62,607 nt of DNA, from assembly GCF_001194135.2 (NCBI RefSeq), contig NC_068981.1, positions 56,761,855 through 56,824,461 on the forward strand, read 5' to 3'. The stretch is from Octopus bimaculoides (Eukaryota). The position numbers were made by a program, and so were the translations under genes. The number at the start of each line of letters is the position of its first letter. Position 1 is the first letter of the stretch. Under the pieces are notes generated by a model, which was not told where the DNA came from, did not search any database, and saw only the letters and a program-made list of their open reading frames with translations. This document shows positions 25,162-39,247 of the stretch, piece after piece.

Positions 25162-26186
25162 NNNNNNNNNNNNNNNNNNNNNNNNNNNNNNNNNNNNNNN
25201 NNNNNNNNNNNNNNNNNNNNNNNNNNNNNNNNNNNNNNNNNNNNNNNNNNNNNNNNNNNNNNNNNNNNNNNNNNNNNNNNNNNNNNNNNNNNNNNNNNNN
25301 NNNNNNNNNNNNNNNNNNNNNNNNNNNNNNNNNNNNNNNNNNNNNNNNNNNNNNNNNNNNNNNNNNNNNNNNNNNNNNNNNNNNNNNNNNNNNNNNNNNN
25401 NNNNNNNNNNNNNNNNNNNNNNNNNNNNNNNNNNNNNNNNNNNNNNNNNNNNNNNNNNNNNNNNNNNNNNNNNNNNNNNNNNNNNNNNNNNNNNNNNNNN
25501 NNNNNNNNNNNNNNNNNNNNNNNNNNNNNNNNNNNNNNNNNNNNNNNNNNNNNNNNNNNNNNNNNNNNNNNNNNNNNNNNNNNNNNNNNNNNNNNNNNNN
25601 NNNNNNNNNNNNNNNNNNNNNNNNNNNNNNNNNNNNNNNNNNNNNNNNNNNNNNNNNNNNNNNNNNNNNNNNNNNNNNNNNNNNNNNNNNNNNNNNNNNN
25701 NNNNNNNNNNNNNNNNNNNNNNNNNNNNNNNNNNNNNNNNNNNNNNNNNNNNNNNNNNNNNNNNNNNNNNNNNNNNNNNNNNNNNNNNNNNNNNNNNNNN
25801 NNNNNNNNNNNNNNNNNNNNNNNNNNNNNNNNNNNNNNNNNNNNNNNNNNNNNNNNNNNNNNNNNNNNNNNNNNNNNNNNNNNNNNNNNNNNNNNNNNNN
25901 NNNNNNNNNNNNNNNNNNNNNNNNNNNNNNNNNNNNNNTTGGTATGCTGCTATATTTCATGTTGAGAACTTTTTAGGTCTTAATAGACACAAAATGTGAT
26001 CTATTTCTAGCGCATTAATTGTCCACGTTAGTGGTCGACGTTATTTTTAAAATGTACCTTAATCCCCTGAGATTGCAGATAATATTTCTGAATCTCTTTG
26101 ATTCTTTAAATGTGCTGGCCCCCTGATAATTAATTGATATTAATTAATATATTAATATATGACTAATTACCAGATCTTATAATTAT

Positions 26187-26254
<68 letters not shown>
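26187..26254. repeat. (GATA)n microsatellite
   Basis: Read directly. Confidence 0.95.
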
Positions 26255-26255
<1 letters not shown>

Positions 26256-27137
26256 AAATATTAATGTAATATCTGAGGCTGAGAACCCACGCCTAGAAAT
26301 ATGCAGATTTATATAAACATATGTATTCGCATTCGTGCTTTAAGCAGACATATATCTACGCAAACACATACATACACACTGACAAAGATATGTTAATACG
26401 CATTTATAGACATAGATATGAATACAAAAATATATAAATTAGATAACTGGACATATCAGTGACTATGAGAACCCAGATAAAATATGCACGTCTGAAGACA
26501 AATAGACTATTAGATGTATGTAAAGTTGAGTCCGAAATAAATGTATTTAATTAATACCTCGAGAAATGGTTATTTTCTACATCTGGTGTGATGGCTTTAT
26601 GTAGATAAGGAGGTAATTTAGCTGGAAGTTAAGACAAACCAGACAGCCTATGCCATGGGACAGATTGCTGTGATGGTGTGGTGGTAGAATAATAAAACTG
26701 TCAACAGCTCAACCCCCGCATCCACATAAGCAGACAATAGATATGCGTATACACTCAGGCATGTGTATATACATACATACATACATACATATACACACAC
26801 ACACACACACACACANNNNNNNNNNNNNNNNNNNNNNNNNNNNNNNNNNNNNNNNNNNNNNNNNNNNNNNNNNNNNNNNNNNNNNNNNNNNNNNNNNNNN
26901 NNNNNNNNNNNNNNNNNNNNNNNNNNNNNNNNNNNNNNNNNNNNNNNNNNNNNNNNNNNNNNNNNNNNNNNNNNNNNNNNNNNNNNNNNNNNNNNNNNNN
27001 NNNNNNNNNNNNNNNNNNNNNNNNNNNNNNNNNNNNNNNNNNNNNNNNNNNNNNNTATATATATATATACATACATATATGTGTATATGTGTGTGTGTGC
27101 ACAAACTCACATGTATAACTACACACACTCACACATG

Positions 27138-27190
<53 letters not shown>

Positions 27191-27411
27191 CCACATACAC
27201 ATATACAGATACACGTTGACATCGGTATATATACACACTCCTTATACACTCACACTCATATATAAAGATACATAAATACGCACATACTTAGACATACATG
27301 TATATGCGTATAGGAACACGTGTACGTAGATGAATTTATAGAGAGACACACACACACACACATTTCTTCATTCCCTCTTTCTTCTTTCTTCCTTCTTCCT
27401 CTCTTCCTTTT

Positions 27412-28826
27412 TTCAATTCTGCCTTAGCAACTGTGTCACTCCAGACGACTGGAAAATTGCCAGTGTCGTTCCCCTGTTCAAAAAAGGTGATCGCACATCA
27501 CCTGTCAACTACCGTCCAGTCAGTCTTACTAGCTGCATCGCCAAACTGATGGAATCGTGTCAGAGAAATAGTTTGGAACTTTTGGAGCTCTCACAGCCTT
27601 ATTCGACCCTCACAATTTGGTTTTATCCTTAACTCCAGCTGCTGTAGTCAACTCATCGAGTTTGTTGAGGACATCACCCGAGTTACTACTCATGGCGGCT
27701 CATGGGTGATGCTGTCTACCTTGATTTTTCCACACAAACGACTTATAGTAAAACTCTCTGCAATGGGTTTGAAGGATGATCTCTATAACTGGCTGAAGTG
27801 CTTCATTCTCGGTCGAAAAAAGGTAGTTACGGTTCTAGGACATCATTCTTCACTCTTTAGATAACTTCTGGTGTACCACAAGGATCCGTTCTTGGACCCC
27901 TACTGTTTGCTGCATATATTAATGATATACATCCCAACTTGAGGAATGTTACGGAGCTGAAATATGCAGATGATATCAAGCTGTACCTCGAAATAAAAAG
28001 AACAGATGCTATGCGCTCTCCTGCAATCAGACCTGGATACAATGCAGCAATGGATCTCTGATTGGCAGCTCAAGCTAGCTATGGACATGTGTGTCACCAG
28101 GATTTTGGAAGGAAAAATCCAGCCTTTACATAATCGCGCAGCAACACCAATCTCAAGAAGTCTTCTAGCGGACGTGATCTGGGCAATATTGTAAATCTGC
28201 GCTGGACAAACCACATCTCTAAGACCTTTGTCAGCCGCTCTCCAGCTATCTATTTAAAATTGTATACGACAATGGTACATCTACAATTGGAATTTGCATC
28301 ACTAGTCTGGAACCCCTATCTTGCTCAGCATATAAATCTCCTGGAAACTGTTCAGAAACGTGCAACCAAACGAATACCCGCCGTCAGACATCTGCTATAC
28401 TTTGAACGTCTTGCTATCCTAGGCATGGATACACTGAAGCTCAGACGTCTGGCAACTGACTTGGTAGACACCTACAAGATTATCCACCATCTTTCCAGCA
28501 ACAACCTTGGGCACCTTTTTGAATTGCATATGACAAACACTCACGGACATACTTATGAAATAAAAAAGCAACACAGCACCCATGACTTTCGGAAACATTT
28601 TTTCACGCTGAGATTTGCTGAAGCATGGATTAAACTATCCGTATCAGTTTTTAGCTGTCGAGACATCCTTCAAAAAGCTTCCATACTTCCTGAAATCTGC
28701 CAACAGTACACCTGAAGGCTTTTCTTTTCTTTTCTTTTTTTTATTTGTAGTACACCTGAGTACTGTATACAACAATTTCCTTAATTATGTATATCTAAAA
28801 ATTTTATTATTATATACCTGAAATAA
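27412..28826 (+). mobile_element. CR1-clade LINE, 5'-truncated RT pseudogene with 3' UTR
   Basis: PDDWKIASVVPLFKKGDRTSPVNYRPVSLTSCIAKLMES..DAVYLDFS..SGVPQGSVLGPLLF..YADDIKLY..LEFASLVWNPY..LETVQKRATK. Confidence 0.93.
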
Positions 28827-29242
28827 ATGTCTTTGTCAAGTCTTACCAAACGGCTTGCCTTTTCATTTCCATTTTAATCTACACCTAACTCAAGGAGGAG
28901 CCACTCGTAGCCACTTTTGAAAAGGATTCTCAGTATCACATGTTCAACTGCAGTTCAAACCGAAGTTTTAGTGGCATCTCAAATTGAGTACTCAGGGTGC
29001 ATACTTATTAGTTTAGGTCACCCGACGAAAGCTCCTATACTTTATATAAAATGTCTATACATTTAAAAGCTTTCCGAAATAAACATGCGCTTCATTTTAA
29101 TAGCTTCGATGGAGCTATAGGATGTAGCACAGACATTCAGCTCTTAGTGCACTACTTCTTACATCAGAAACAGCTGTAAGATGCTGAAGCTGATGACGTA
29201 ATTCCTCTTTCTTTGTCATTCATTAATTAATGTTACTCTCTA

Positions 29243-29420
29243 TAAAGACGGTGAACTGGCAGAATCAGGAGCACGCCGGACAAAATGCTTCGCGGCATTT
29301 CGTCCTTTGCGTTTTGAGATCAAATTCTGTCGATGTCCATTTTTGTCTTTTATCCTTTTCGGGTCACTGTAATCGGCTTACCGTCTCCTCCTGAAATTGC
29401 TGACAATTTGAAACCAATAT
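29243..29420 (+). mobile_element. SINE family A, decayed
   Basis: gacggtgaactggcagaatc..gagatcaaattc..ttatccttttcgggtc. Confidence 0.8.
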
Positions 29421-29500
29421 TATACCCTGTAGTCATACGTTTATGTGGCGGAGTGTCTTTGTGCATGTATAATGCGTACGTACGTAAGTATATATGTATA

Positions 29501-29750
29501 TAGGCGTGGTTGTGTGGTAAGAAGCTTGTTTCCCAACCACATGGTTCCGGGTCCACTTCTACTGCGTGGCACTTTGTGTAAGTGTCTTCTACTATAGCCT
29601 TGAGAATGGATTTGGTAGACGGAAACTGAAAAAAGCCCGTCGCATGCATGCATGCATGCATGCATGTACGTACGTATGTATGTATGTATGTATGTATGTA
29701 TGCATGTATGTATGTTCGTATGTATGTATGTATGTATAGATAGATAGATG

Positions 29751-29806
<56 letters not shown>

Positions 29807-30035
29807 TGTGTGTGTGTGTCTGTTGTATCTGTCTCCCCACCCCGCCATCGCTGGTCAACAGATCCTGATGTGTCTATGTCGCCGTAAGAGTAGCGGTTCG
29901 ACAACAGAGACTGACACTATAAGTACTAGGCTTACAAAGAAAACGTCCTGGGATCGATTTCTTCGCCTAAAACCCTTTAAAGAGGTGCTCCAGCATGACC
30001 GCAGCCAAATGACTGAAAAAGAATAAAAGAATAAA
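29501..30035 (+). mobile_element. SINE family B with expanded internal microsatellite
   Basis: Left arm ends aagcccgtcg, then (CATG)(CGTA)(TATG)(TAGA)(TG) tracts, then the right arm to gactgaaaaagaataaaag. Confidence 0.9.
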
Positions 30036-30049
30036 TGCATGCATGTATG

Positions 30050-30080
<31 letters not shown>

Positions 30081-30369
30081 CGAAGTCTTGTATCTGTATA
30101 TATTCAGAAATGTATATTAGGTAATTGAAGAAAGTAAACTTGAGAAAACTAACTGGAAAATATATATAATAAGGGAACAATGAGATTACCATGGAACATA
30201 CGTTGCTACAAGAGATAAAGTGGAAGTGGGATAAAGTAGGATCTCTACCACTTACACAAAATGTCTCTCAATCAGGATAGTTGCACTGAGTACTAAAAAC
30301 ATATGAGGTTGTTCATTATAAACGGATTGACTGAGATATTAGGAAGGAAAAAGAATATAGATTTTTTTC

Positions 30370-30600
30370 TATAATGGTTTATACATACATACATACATAC
30401 ATATATACATAGATATGTATATGCATACATGTATATACACACATACACACACACATACATACATACATACATACATACATACATACATACATACATACAT
30501 ACATACACACGTACGTACGATGTATGTGTGTTTGCATGTATATGTGTGTATGTATGGACATTTGTATACATGTATGTATGTAGGTGTATTTCTCTCCCTC
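30370..30600. repeat. (CATA)n/(TA)n compound microsatellite
   Basis: Read directly. Confidence 0.9.
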
Positions 30601-31549
30601 TATATAGATATGTGAGAAAGACAAAACAAAACGATAAACAAACAAGCACTAACAAAGATAACAAACTAAAATGAAAAATAAAAATAGAAGAAAAATCAAT
30701 GAATAAGAAGGAAAGAAATGAGGAAAGAAGAAGAAAGAGAAAGGAAAAGTAAACCTAAACAGAGAAAGTGAACGATTATGATGGGGGTGGTGGGGGTGGT
30801 GGTGGGGGAAATAAAGCACAACCAAAGCCAACACCATCAGAACTAAACGCCCCTTCCTCACCAATGCAGAAAAGTAAAAAAACAAACATAGAACCTAAAA
30901 CGTAGAATTAAATATATAACAAAAGACCAGATCATGCATAAAATCTAACGAAGAGAAAATTAAAACTAAGATACTTTGTTAAACATGAATTCCCTTTGGA
31001 CTTCGTTCCAACACTTTTGGGATCTATTTTTGTGCTTTATATTACAGTTTTTATAGCTTTATAGTTATATCTCCTGTCTAAAATATTATTTCTGCCAGGG
31101 AGTGTTTGTGTGTCTATGCATTTATATATATATGTTTGTGCGCGCACGTCTGTGTGTGTGTGTGTGTGTGTGTGTGTATACTTACATATATCTTTGTGTA
31201 CGTATGCGTATGTATATAAGCATATAATACACACACACGCACATACACGCGCACAATCAGAGGCAGTTCCATGCAGTGCTTGAGAGAAAGCGTGTGTTGC
31301 CAGTATTTGTTGTTGTTTAGCCCAAGGTCGTCGCTGACCACGCAGACCCATGATCCAAAAGTATTCTTCTACTCATGAGGAGCACGTCTTTTCTCAGACT
31401 GCATTTGGTCTAGTTTTATGACGCCAGTGTCATTCATGGAAGTTATGGCTGCCATTTCTAGCGATTCAAGCAACCACGATAGTCATAATGGTATTGATAC
31501 TCTTCTTCTTCTTCTTCTTCTTCTTCTTCTTCTTCTTCTTCTTCTTCTT

Positions 31550-31720
31550 CAAAATGCTTAGCAACATTTTGTCCGTTTTTTCGTTCTGGGTGCCACTGAG
31601 GTTGACTTGCTCTTCTATCCTTTCGGGCTCGATGAAATAAGCACTAGATAAGTACGGGGTCAATGTAATTAACAATGCTCCTCCCCTGAATTTTCAGGTC
31701 TTGTGCCTATAGTAGAAAGG
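31550..31720 (+). mobile_element. SINE family A (5'-truncated), followed by (GTT)n(GCT)n
   Basis: aaatgcttagc..gaggttgacttg..tatcctttcgggctcgat..cttgtgcctatagtagaaagg. Confidence 0.82.
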
Positions 31721-31733
31721 ATTATTATTATCG

Positions 31734-31792
<59 letters not shown>

Positions 31793-31847
31793 GCTGTTGT
31801 TGTTGTTGCTGCTGATGCTGCTGCTGCTGCTGCTGCGGTTGCTGTTA

Positions 31848-32056
31848 TGAAGGCTGGCAGAATCATTAGCACACCGGACAAAATGCTTAACGACATTTCG
31901 TCCGTATTTACGTTCTGAGTTGAAGTTTCGCTGCGCCCGACTTTGCTGTTCATCCTTTCAGTGTCGATTAAATAAGTACCAGTTACGCACTAGGTTCGAT
32001 GTAATCGACTTAATCCCTTCCCCAAAATTTTAGGCCCTGTGCTTCCAGTAAAAACA
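31848..32056 (+). mobile_element. SINE family A followed by an (ATT)(AGT)(AGC) tail to about 32195
   Basis: Matches the 19715 copy. Confidence 0.88.
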
Positions 32057-32104
32057 ATTATTATTATTATTATTATTAGTAGTAGTAGTAGTAGTAGTAG
32101 TAGT

Positions 32105-32195
<91 letters not shown>

Positions 32196-32249
32196 CGCTA
32201 GTGGATGCTAATTTCGTTAGCAGGTATTGTACCTTGAAATTTGGAGGCA

Positions 32250-32845
32250 AATTTCCTGGAATCTTAAAATCTTCCTTGAGATTCTTGTAGGATGATACTT
32301 TTCTGCAGGTCGACAATGCAGAGTTTCAGTTCCAATTTCTTTCAGTTTTTTTAGATAGCATTTTGGCTGTTGTACCAGGTGCACCTATTGCTACAGGAAT
32401 AACTGTTGTCTTGGTCTTCCACAGTCTCCTCAAACATATGGCTAAATTCTGCTATTCTCACTTTTTTCCATTTCTTTCGTGTCGACTCTACCGTAAAGAA
32501 TTGCAAAATCCATGATCCTGCACTGTTTATTTTGACTCTATAATCATGTCTGGTCATTTTGCCTCAATAGTATAGCCAGTCTTTATGGGGAAGTCTCACA
32601 AGATTTTGTAATACTCATTTTCTATCACAACCTCTAGTTCTTGCTTATACCATTTTCTTGTTTTGAAGTCACACATTCGACTAACAATCCAATTGCACTC
32701 TTTTGCCTACACAGTCATATCTACGCTTATACGCTTTTTGTGCTAATATACTGCACTCACTCAAAACGTGATTGATACTCACGTCTCATTTCCAACAAAT
32801 TCTACATTTGCTATCTGACTGAGTTTTGTCGATCTTTTCCTTGGA
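32250..32845 (-). mobile_element. R4/Dong-clade retrotransposon C-terminal fragment (CCHC finger plus restriction-like endonuclease)
   Basis: DSKCRICWK*..INHVLSECSILAQKAYKRRYD..WYKQ..VIENEYYKIL*DF..PDMII..IMDFAI..RLWKTKTTVIPVAIGAPGT..LQKSII. Confidence 0.88.
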
Positions 32846-33149
32846 TTTGTTCTAAGGACTTAGTCCTGAGTGGCTATAATTAACGTTCCTATTTTTCGTT
32901 TCAAGTTCCCGTCCGTCAACCAAAAACCAGCGGGCTTCATTTCCGAAATTTTCGATTTGCTGCATGAATTAGACATGCAGTTTCATTTCTTTCCATCAAG
33001 TCATCCTGTTGTTCTTTTTCTCTTTGAATTCTTCTACAGTTTCAGTCACTTTTGGGGGTATCTCTCGTTGCCGAAAGTATTCTTTCTTTACTCTGCACAA
33101 CATAATTTTTCATACCCAGTCTCGCAGTACCGGCTGTGTCTTCTGCAAT

Positions 33150-33691
33150 CAGTGTGAGAGAGCAGTGCATGCCATCAAAATAACTCTAGGATGAAAGATA
33201 CGAAGCCAAATATACCCATCATGAATACCTGTCTGATAAGGGTACACCAGGCACATGCATCACAACCATTTGTGCGTGGCATGGTGATCTCATATGAAGA
33301 TAAACAGCGATGACCTTGCTAGTGGGGCCCAGTTAGACTTTTTTTCAGGTTGAGTAACTTATCCCGCTCAAAAGGTTCTTGAATAAGGTTTGTTTAAGGA
33401 TAATGAACAAAACACCCATGTTCTCAGAGTTGAATTATTCAAATGTCAAAGCATTGGCGTGATGTTCACTCAATACTTCTGCTCGTGATCAGAAATGCAC
33501 ATATCGTCAACCACTAAAGGACATGTTCAACTGGTTAAGGTCAAGCAACTGACAAGCAAATTTGTAGTATTGAGCAGGATATTTGCTGTAACCCATCTTT
33601 TGTACTGAGACAAAGCAAAATACACGATAACACTTCCAATCAGTTAAGATCAGAAGCCATGAGAGCCAGTACCTGGTACTGCGTCACAGCA

Positions 33692-33693
<2 letters not shown>
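33150..33693 (-). mobile_element. Unclassified about 540-bp interspersed repeat abutting (ATT)n
   Basis: Recognised from memory as a common octopus repeat (gcttctgatcttaactgattggaagtgttatc..cccttatcagac). Only one copy in the window. Confidence 0.45.
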
Positions 33694-33775
<82 letters not shown>

Positions 33776-33867
33776 CATTATTATTATTGCTGTTGTTGCT
33801 GTCGTAGTCGTTGCTGTTGTTGTTGCTGTTGTTGCTGATGTGGTCAACATTTTGTTGCTGTTGTTGT

Positions 33868-34080
33868 TAAAGGGGTAGATGGCAGAATCGTTTTAGCACG
33901 CCGAACAATATGCTTAATGGCATCTCGTCCGTAGTTACGTTCTGAGTTCAAATTCCGCCGCGGTCGACTTTGCTTCTCATCCTATCAGGGTCGATAAAAT
34001 AAGCGCCCGTTAAACACTGGGGTCGATGTAATAGGCTCACCCTCCTCTAAAATTTCAAGCCCTGTGCCTATAATAAAAAT
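33868..34080 (+). mobile_element. SINE family A
   Basis: Matches the 19715 copy. Confidence 0.88.
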
Positions 34081-34129
34081 GAATTCTTTTTTTTTTTTGT
34101 GTTATCGGATGAGTGTTGTTGATGCTATT

Positions 34130-34625
34130 GGTGGTAGTGTTGGGTCTTTTATCTTTTATGTTGGCGCTGCTGCCTCTGCTGCTGCTGAACTGCTACTGTT
34201 CTTGCTGCTGCTGCTGCTGCTGCTGCAGGTGATGCTGCTAGGGATGTTGCTGTTGCTGGCGATAGTAGTGGTGGGAGTGACAGAGTTGTTGTTGCTGTTA
34301 ACGAATTCAATGTTGCTGTTAGTGTTGGATTGGTTGCCATGGCGTAGAGTGTCGAAATGTGTTGTTGACTAACGATAGTTGTGGTGGTGATTGATGTGAG
34401 GTTGAGAGGTTGTCGTAATTGGTGTTGTTGTTAGTGGTGTCGACTATGGGAGGTACAGTGAGGCAGTGGCAGTGCCAATTTCACTTTTTGTAGAATAATA
34501 ATGGTTCTCTGGAGCTTAAGCTCAGTAATGGTGGTGTAAGTAGCACTAGTAGTGGTGGTGGTTGTAGTTGTTGTTGTTGTTGCTGATGCTGCTGCTGATA
34601 GTGGCAGCGGTGGTTTTGGTGTTGA
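34130..34625. repeat. Degenerate trinucleotide mosaic (GCT/GTT/GGT)
   Basis: Read directly. Confidence 0.8.
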
Positions 34626-35374
34626 CATTAATAGTTAGTGGAGGTCAGCATGCACCAGGTAACCTCTAATCTAATAGCCTTATGATCATGTGACATCTCA
34701 ATCGAGACCATCCAATATTTTTCGCGGTAATTGAGATAACATTATTCATTATCCTTAAATATACCACCTACACCCCGCATAACTGTTCATTCCATTTGCT
34801 CAAGTAGAAATCAATCAGTATTGGTCGTCAAATTTATTGTTTACATTTGACATCGACGAGTTTCTCAAATTTATTATTTACATGTATACTAGTTGAGACA
34901 GGGCTCAAATCCTTACAACTACTTTCCTTTTCTCCCATTGCTAGCTCTGTGCATGATATATAAACGTCACAGCACACTCTCTTGCTGAAATTAATGAACC
35001 TATGATATCTCATTTGTTGATGATGAAAGTTTCTTTCACCGGCCTTATGTACCGTACCAATACATGTTACGAATAAATATATCTTCATCCGATTGGAACA
35101 CTGAATGAAGTCAGTAAAATTATCATGAATGTTCGATTTTCTGAATAGAACCTTCAATTCCCAGATGCGGATACGGTTTGGGGAAATAAATTACATACAG
35201 TATTTAATTTCGTCTCTACATAGTTACTGTCCGGTTCCTGTCTTGAGTTAATGAAATAATACCAGCAGTATAATAGTGTTGAATGTTGACCTAATTAACA
35301 AAAGAAACCAAGTTATTTTGTACGATATAAACAATAAATTTATGAGTCAATAAGCAAAACTTCTATGCGGTTAC

Positions 35375-35494
35375 TCATAAAAAAGCGCTCCAGATGAATG
35401 AATATCTTTAGACCATGCTATGGTAGCCTCCGTTGAACTATTAAGAAAACTTTCATGCAGTCTCTGGACCTGCTGAAAGTAATAACCAAATCTT
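35375..35494 (-). CDS. Candidate internal exon, unidentified gene
   Basis: ttttgtttttag|A AGA TTT GGT...TAT GA|gtaacc. The only frame open throughout: RFGYYFQQVQRLHESFLNSSTEATIAWSKDIHSSGALFY. Confidence 0.3.
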
Positions 35495-36024
35495 CTAAAA
35501 ACAAAACTCTACAGTCTCAGAGAAGAAGAAATAATGGATAATGTAACTCAAGGTACACTAATCTTGAATGAGTGTATGTTCACGCCTAGAAAACTTTCTG
35601 TTCAATCAGGGCTGATCAGAGCTAAACAATAATAGCAATAAGTAAACCCATTACGAATAAATAATTTTATGAGTCATTTTTTCACTTTCACGTTTCGGAG
35701 GTCGATAAATCATCAAAGATCAAATTTCTATTTAACACTATCAATGTTTGCTTAGTGTATTAAATAGAAATATATTTCATTGACCGAAACTTTCGATAAA
35801 TAAAGAGAGAAAGAAGAGAATGAGACATGAAATTTCGTTTTGCATACATTTTTGTTATTTTCAAAATATACTTTTTAAACACTCTCCAAATAAAAAAGAT
35901 AATAGAATTTAATTGTAAATCTAAACATATGGATACATATATTGTGTTTATGGTGAGAAGTAGCAATACATAATTTTTAAACTTAGATTTGAATTAAATC
36001 TACGTGTCATAAACAATATATATA

Positions 36025-36268
36025 TTTCTATATTTAAGAGATGAGGAATTATGTACATTATTTACATTATTTACATTTGACGGATATTTGTCTTCATCTT
36101 TGTTGTTAACACAACGTTCCAGTTGATATACCCTCCAGCCTTCATCAGGTGTCTTGGCGAAATTTCGAACCTGGGTTCTCGTTCCTAAGGTATTTTTCGA
36201 GGTTATCGTTATTATCACCATCATCATCATCATCATCATTATTGCTATTGTTGTTGTTGCTGTTGTTG

Positions 36269-36319
<51 letters not shown>

Positions 36320-36384
36320 TCACTGCTTGGAATCGAACTCGGAATCTTGGGGTTAATAGCCCGCGCTTTTAACTACTACGCCAT
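36025..36384 (-). mobile_element. tRNA-headed element: tRNA-like head, (AAT)n, hammerhead-containing 3' module
   Basis: Minus strand head atggcgtagtagttaaaagcgcgggctattaaccccaagattccgagttcgattccaagcagtgacct (A and B boxes), then the AAT tract, then gaaaaataccttagg..hammerhead..ttaaatatagaa. Confidence 0.75.
36109..36152 (-). ncRNA. Minimal hammerhead ribozyme remnant
   Basis: acac CTGATGA A ggctg-gagggtatat-caact GGAA CG T T gtgt. Core and stem II carry mutations. Confidence 0.65.
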
Positions 36385-36411
36385 CCGAGTTCGATTCCAA
36401 GCAGTGACCTA

Positions 36412-36720
<309 letters not shown>

Positions 36721-36790
36721 ACAATAATAATAATAATAATAACATCGAAAAATACCTTAGGAATGAGAACCCAGGTTCGATTTCCCCAAG

Positions 36791-36834
36791 ACACCTGATG
36801 AAAGCTGGAGGGTATATCAGCCAAAACGTTGTGT
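36791..36834 (+). ncRNA. Minimal hammerhead ribozyme remnant
   Basis: acac CTGATGA A agctg-gagggtatat-cagcc AAAA CG T T gtgt. G12 is mutated to A. Confidence 0.65.
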
Positions 36835-38382
36835 TAACAACAAACAAGTTGAGGACAAATATCCGTCAAATGTAAATAATGTAAATAATGAATATATATA
36901 TTTACTGACAGAAAATACTAAACTTTATCCACCACGTCAATAATGCTATTTAGAAATTAGTTGCCAAAATAAACAAATGAACGTTTAATATGATACATCT
37001 AAACATGCCAAGATAACAAGTCTACATTTTCAAATATTCTTTTGAATAAATTAATACTGCTTCTCATGAATTTAAAAGTATTTGCATTTTCTTAATATTG
37101 AATATTCCCCAATTATCTGAATCTTCAATTGAACATTATTCCTTATAATTCATAGCTATTGAGTAGCATATGCAGGCCATACGAATACCCTTCTTTCTTA
37201 TTAAACATTTAGACAAAAAATAGCATTAATATTTAACAAATTATGTATAATTAAAACAACGGAGTATGCTAATTATTTATTCCAAAATTAAGTACCCATT
37301 AAACTCGAGCCAAATCAATTGTTAATGTTGCCTCTTGTCGAAATACCTGGATCAATGCATGGTACAAGACCAAGATAAGTAAACAAAATGTGGACTGCTT
37401 ATGCCTTGACTTCGTACATCACACAGAATCCAGAATATACAATATTTACAGCGATGCTTTATCTGGGTTTGTGCATACATAATGAGCACTATTGTATTTA
37501 GCTTTCTTACTTGAGCCATATCAAAGTCTATTAACATTATACCACATATATGCGGTCACATATTCTAGAGCAAATGTCGTATAGGCAGTTTTAAGATACT
37601 CTAAAGCAATATTTCAAGAGTAGCAACATACAATAAGCAACCATATTAGCTAAGTACTTGGTATTGAATATTAAAATTAAATTAGCTGCCATACATTTTC
37701 CTTTGAGACGAGATTAAAAACCGAGAAAATATTTTTAAACAGTAATAATTAATTGACATTTTATTCCATTACAAAAGCTGAAGGTTTAGAGGTTAAGTTT
37801 GTCATTAAAAATTTGTAAAATGCTTCTTTATGACTATGTTTTAAACATATATTCCCTGGTCATTTTAAGGTTATAAGGTCACCATTTGTTTGAGCAGAGT
37901 GATATTAGAAGCTATTTATTTCTTTGCTTTAATTCCTTTTTGTTTTTAAAATAAAAATGACCTTTCGATTTCAAAATGTAAAATAGCAGTTGAGAGCGAA
38001 GGCTTTGTGAAAAACAGCATCAGCTTGAATAAGCAGAATAAAGTTAAGACTAACAGCTCACGCTATTGATTAGTCTCAATAACATAATTCAATTATTAAA
38101 CTATAGGCTGACAAATTGAATTGCCTGTCAAATTAATTAGTAAATGAAAATTGTAAATCACAAGTATGTTGGTAATCTGGAATGGATGCTAAAATTAGCA
38201 ACTCAAGAATTCTTAAAGATAGAGAATTAAATATAAGATAGAATATTTCTGTCGCTTGATCATTTTGCAAAACTCGCAAACGTTACGGTCATTTTGTATA
38301 GAGAGTGACTCATAAACCCTAACGGGAAGTAACGTCCGTTTTAATTTGTTGTACTATATCGTGCTTTTAGAAAAAGAGGAAA

Positions 38383-38560
38383 GAGGTGAGCTAGTAGAAT
38401 CGCTAGAACGTTGGGCGAAGTACCATACGCTAATTGTTCTAGTTCTTTACGTTCTTAGTTCAAATCCGGCCGAGTTCAACTTCCCTTTCATTCTTCCGGA
38501 GACAAGTATTGGGTCAACAGTATCGACTTCCTCTCTCCTCCAGATTGCCTAAATTAGAAA
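38383..38560 (+). mobile_element. SINE family A, decayed
   Basis: gaggtgagctagtagaatcgctag..ttacgttcttagttcaaatccggccgag. Confidence 0.75.
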
Positions 38561-38698
38561 ATGTTATGAAGATGTAAGAAACATTTTGTTGATCCTAATA
38601 ATCAAAAGCATTGTAATGACCATCCAATTGCAGAAAAAATTCACTTGCTTGCAAGCATTTATTTGACCGGAAACCTAGTCCATATGCTATAGTATAAC

Positions 38699-38821
38699 CT
38701 GGAGACGGTGTAAAGACAACACCCCAAAGTAAAACGTTCCAATAATTAATAATGCTATTATCGCTACGATTAGTAGCAATACCTGTTGCTTTTGTCGTAT
38801 ACTTGACTTGTGGCGTCTTTG
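38699..38821 (-). CDS. Candidate exon encoding a basic stretch plus one transmembrane helix
   Basis: ttgtatag|QRRHKSSIRQKQQVLLLIVAIIALLIIGTFYFGVLSLHRLQ|gttata, 123 bp, phase 0 to 0. The donor is weak. Confidence 0.3.
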
Positions 38822-39247
38822 CTATACAATCGGAAACAACTTTGTTTCTCTTTCCGGCTGCAGTTCTCTGACAAGCTAAATTTATATTCTCTGCACCAAA
38901 AGAAAGCTCGCTTCTTCGTTTACTCACTAGCGATTAGACTATATGTGAATCGCGTGCTTTGAGTTTTAGGAAGTATTTTTTCTACTCAAGATCACAGGTC
39001 TCACAATGGTTATCTCAATTTTCCATTGTTATAATTTCTTACATTGACACAAAATCACACATGTACAAGAGGAATACAGTCGATTGAATATGCATGGTGG
39101 TAAATATTTTATTTATTACAAACTTGTGAAAGACCAGTACTGACTGAATGCAACCTTCAGCTGAAGGAATGGAACTATTTTGACAAAGTAAAATCTTGCC
39201 ATTTTACTGCCCTAGTTTTCCAAGAGTAACGTGTTTTATTATAGGCA

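Noticed and set aside
36317-36384. Functional tRNA-Asn gene
   Set aside because: The anticodon loop reads tattaac, the acceptor stem does not close, and it is embedded in a repeat. Treated as a SINE-type head.
36317-36410. pre-miRNA or MITE suggested by the perfect 27-bp inverted repeat
   Set aside because: It is explained as the junction of two head-to-head copies of one element.
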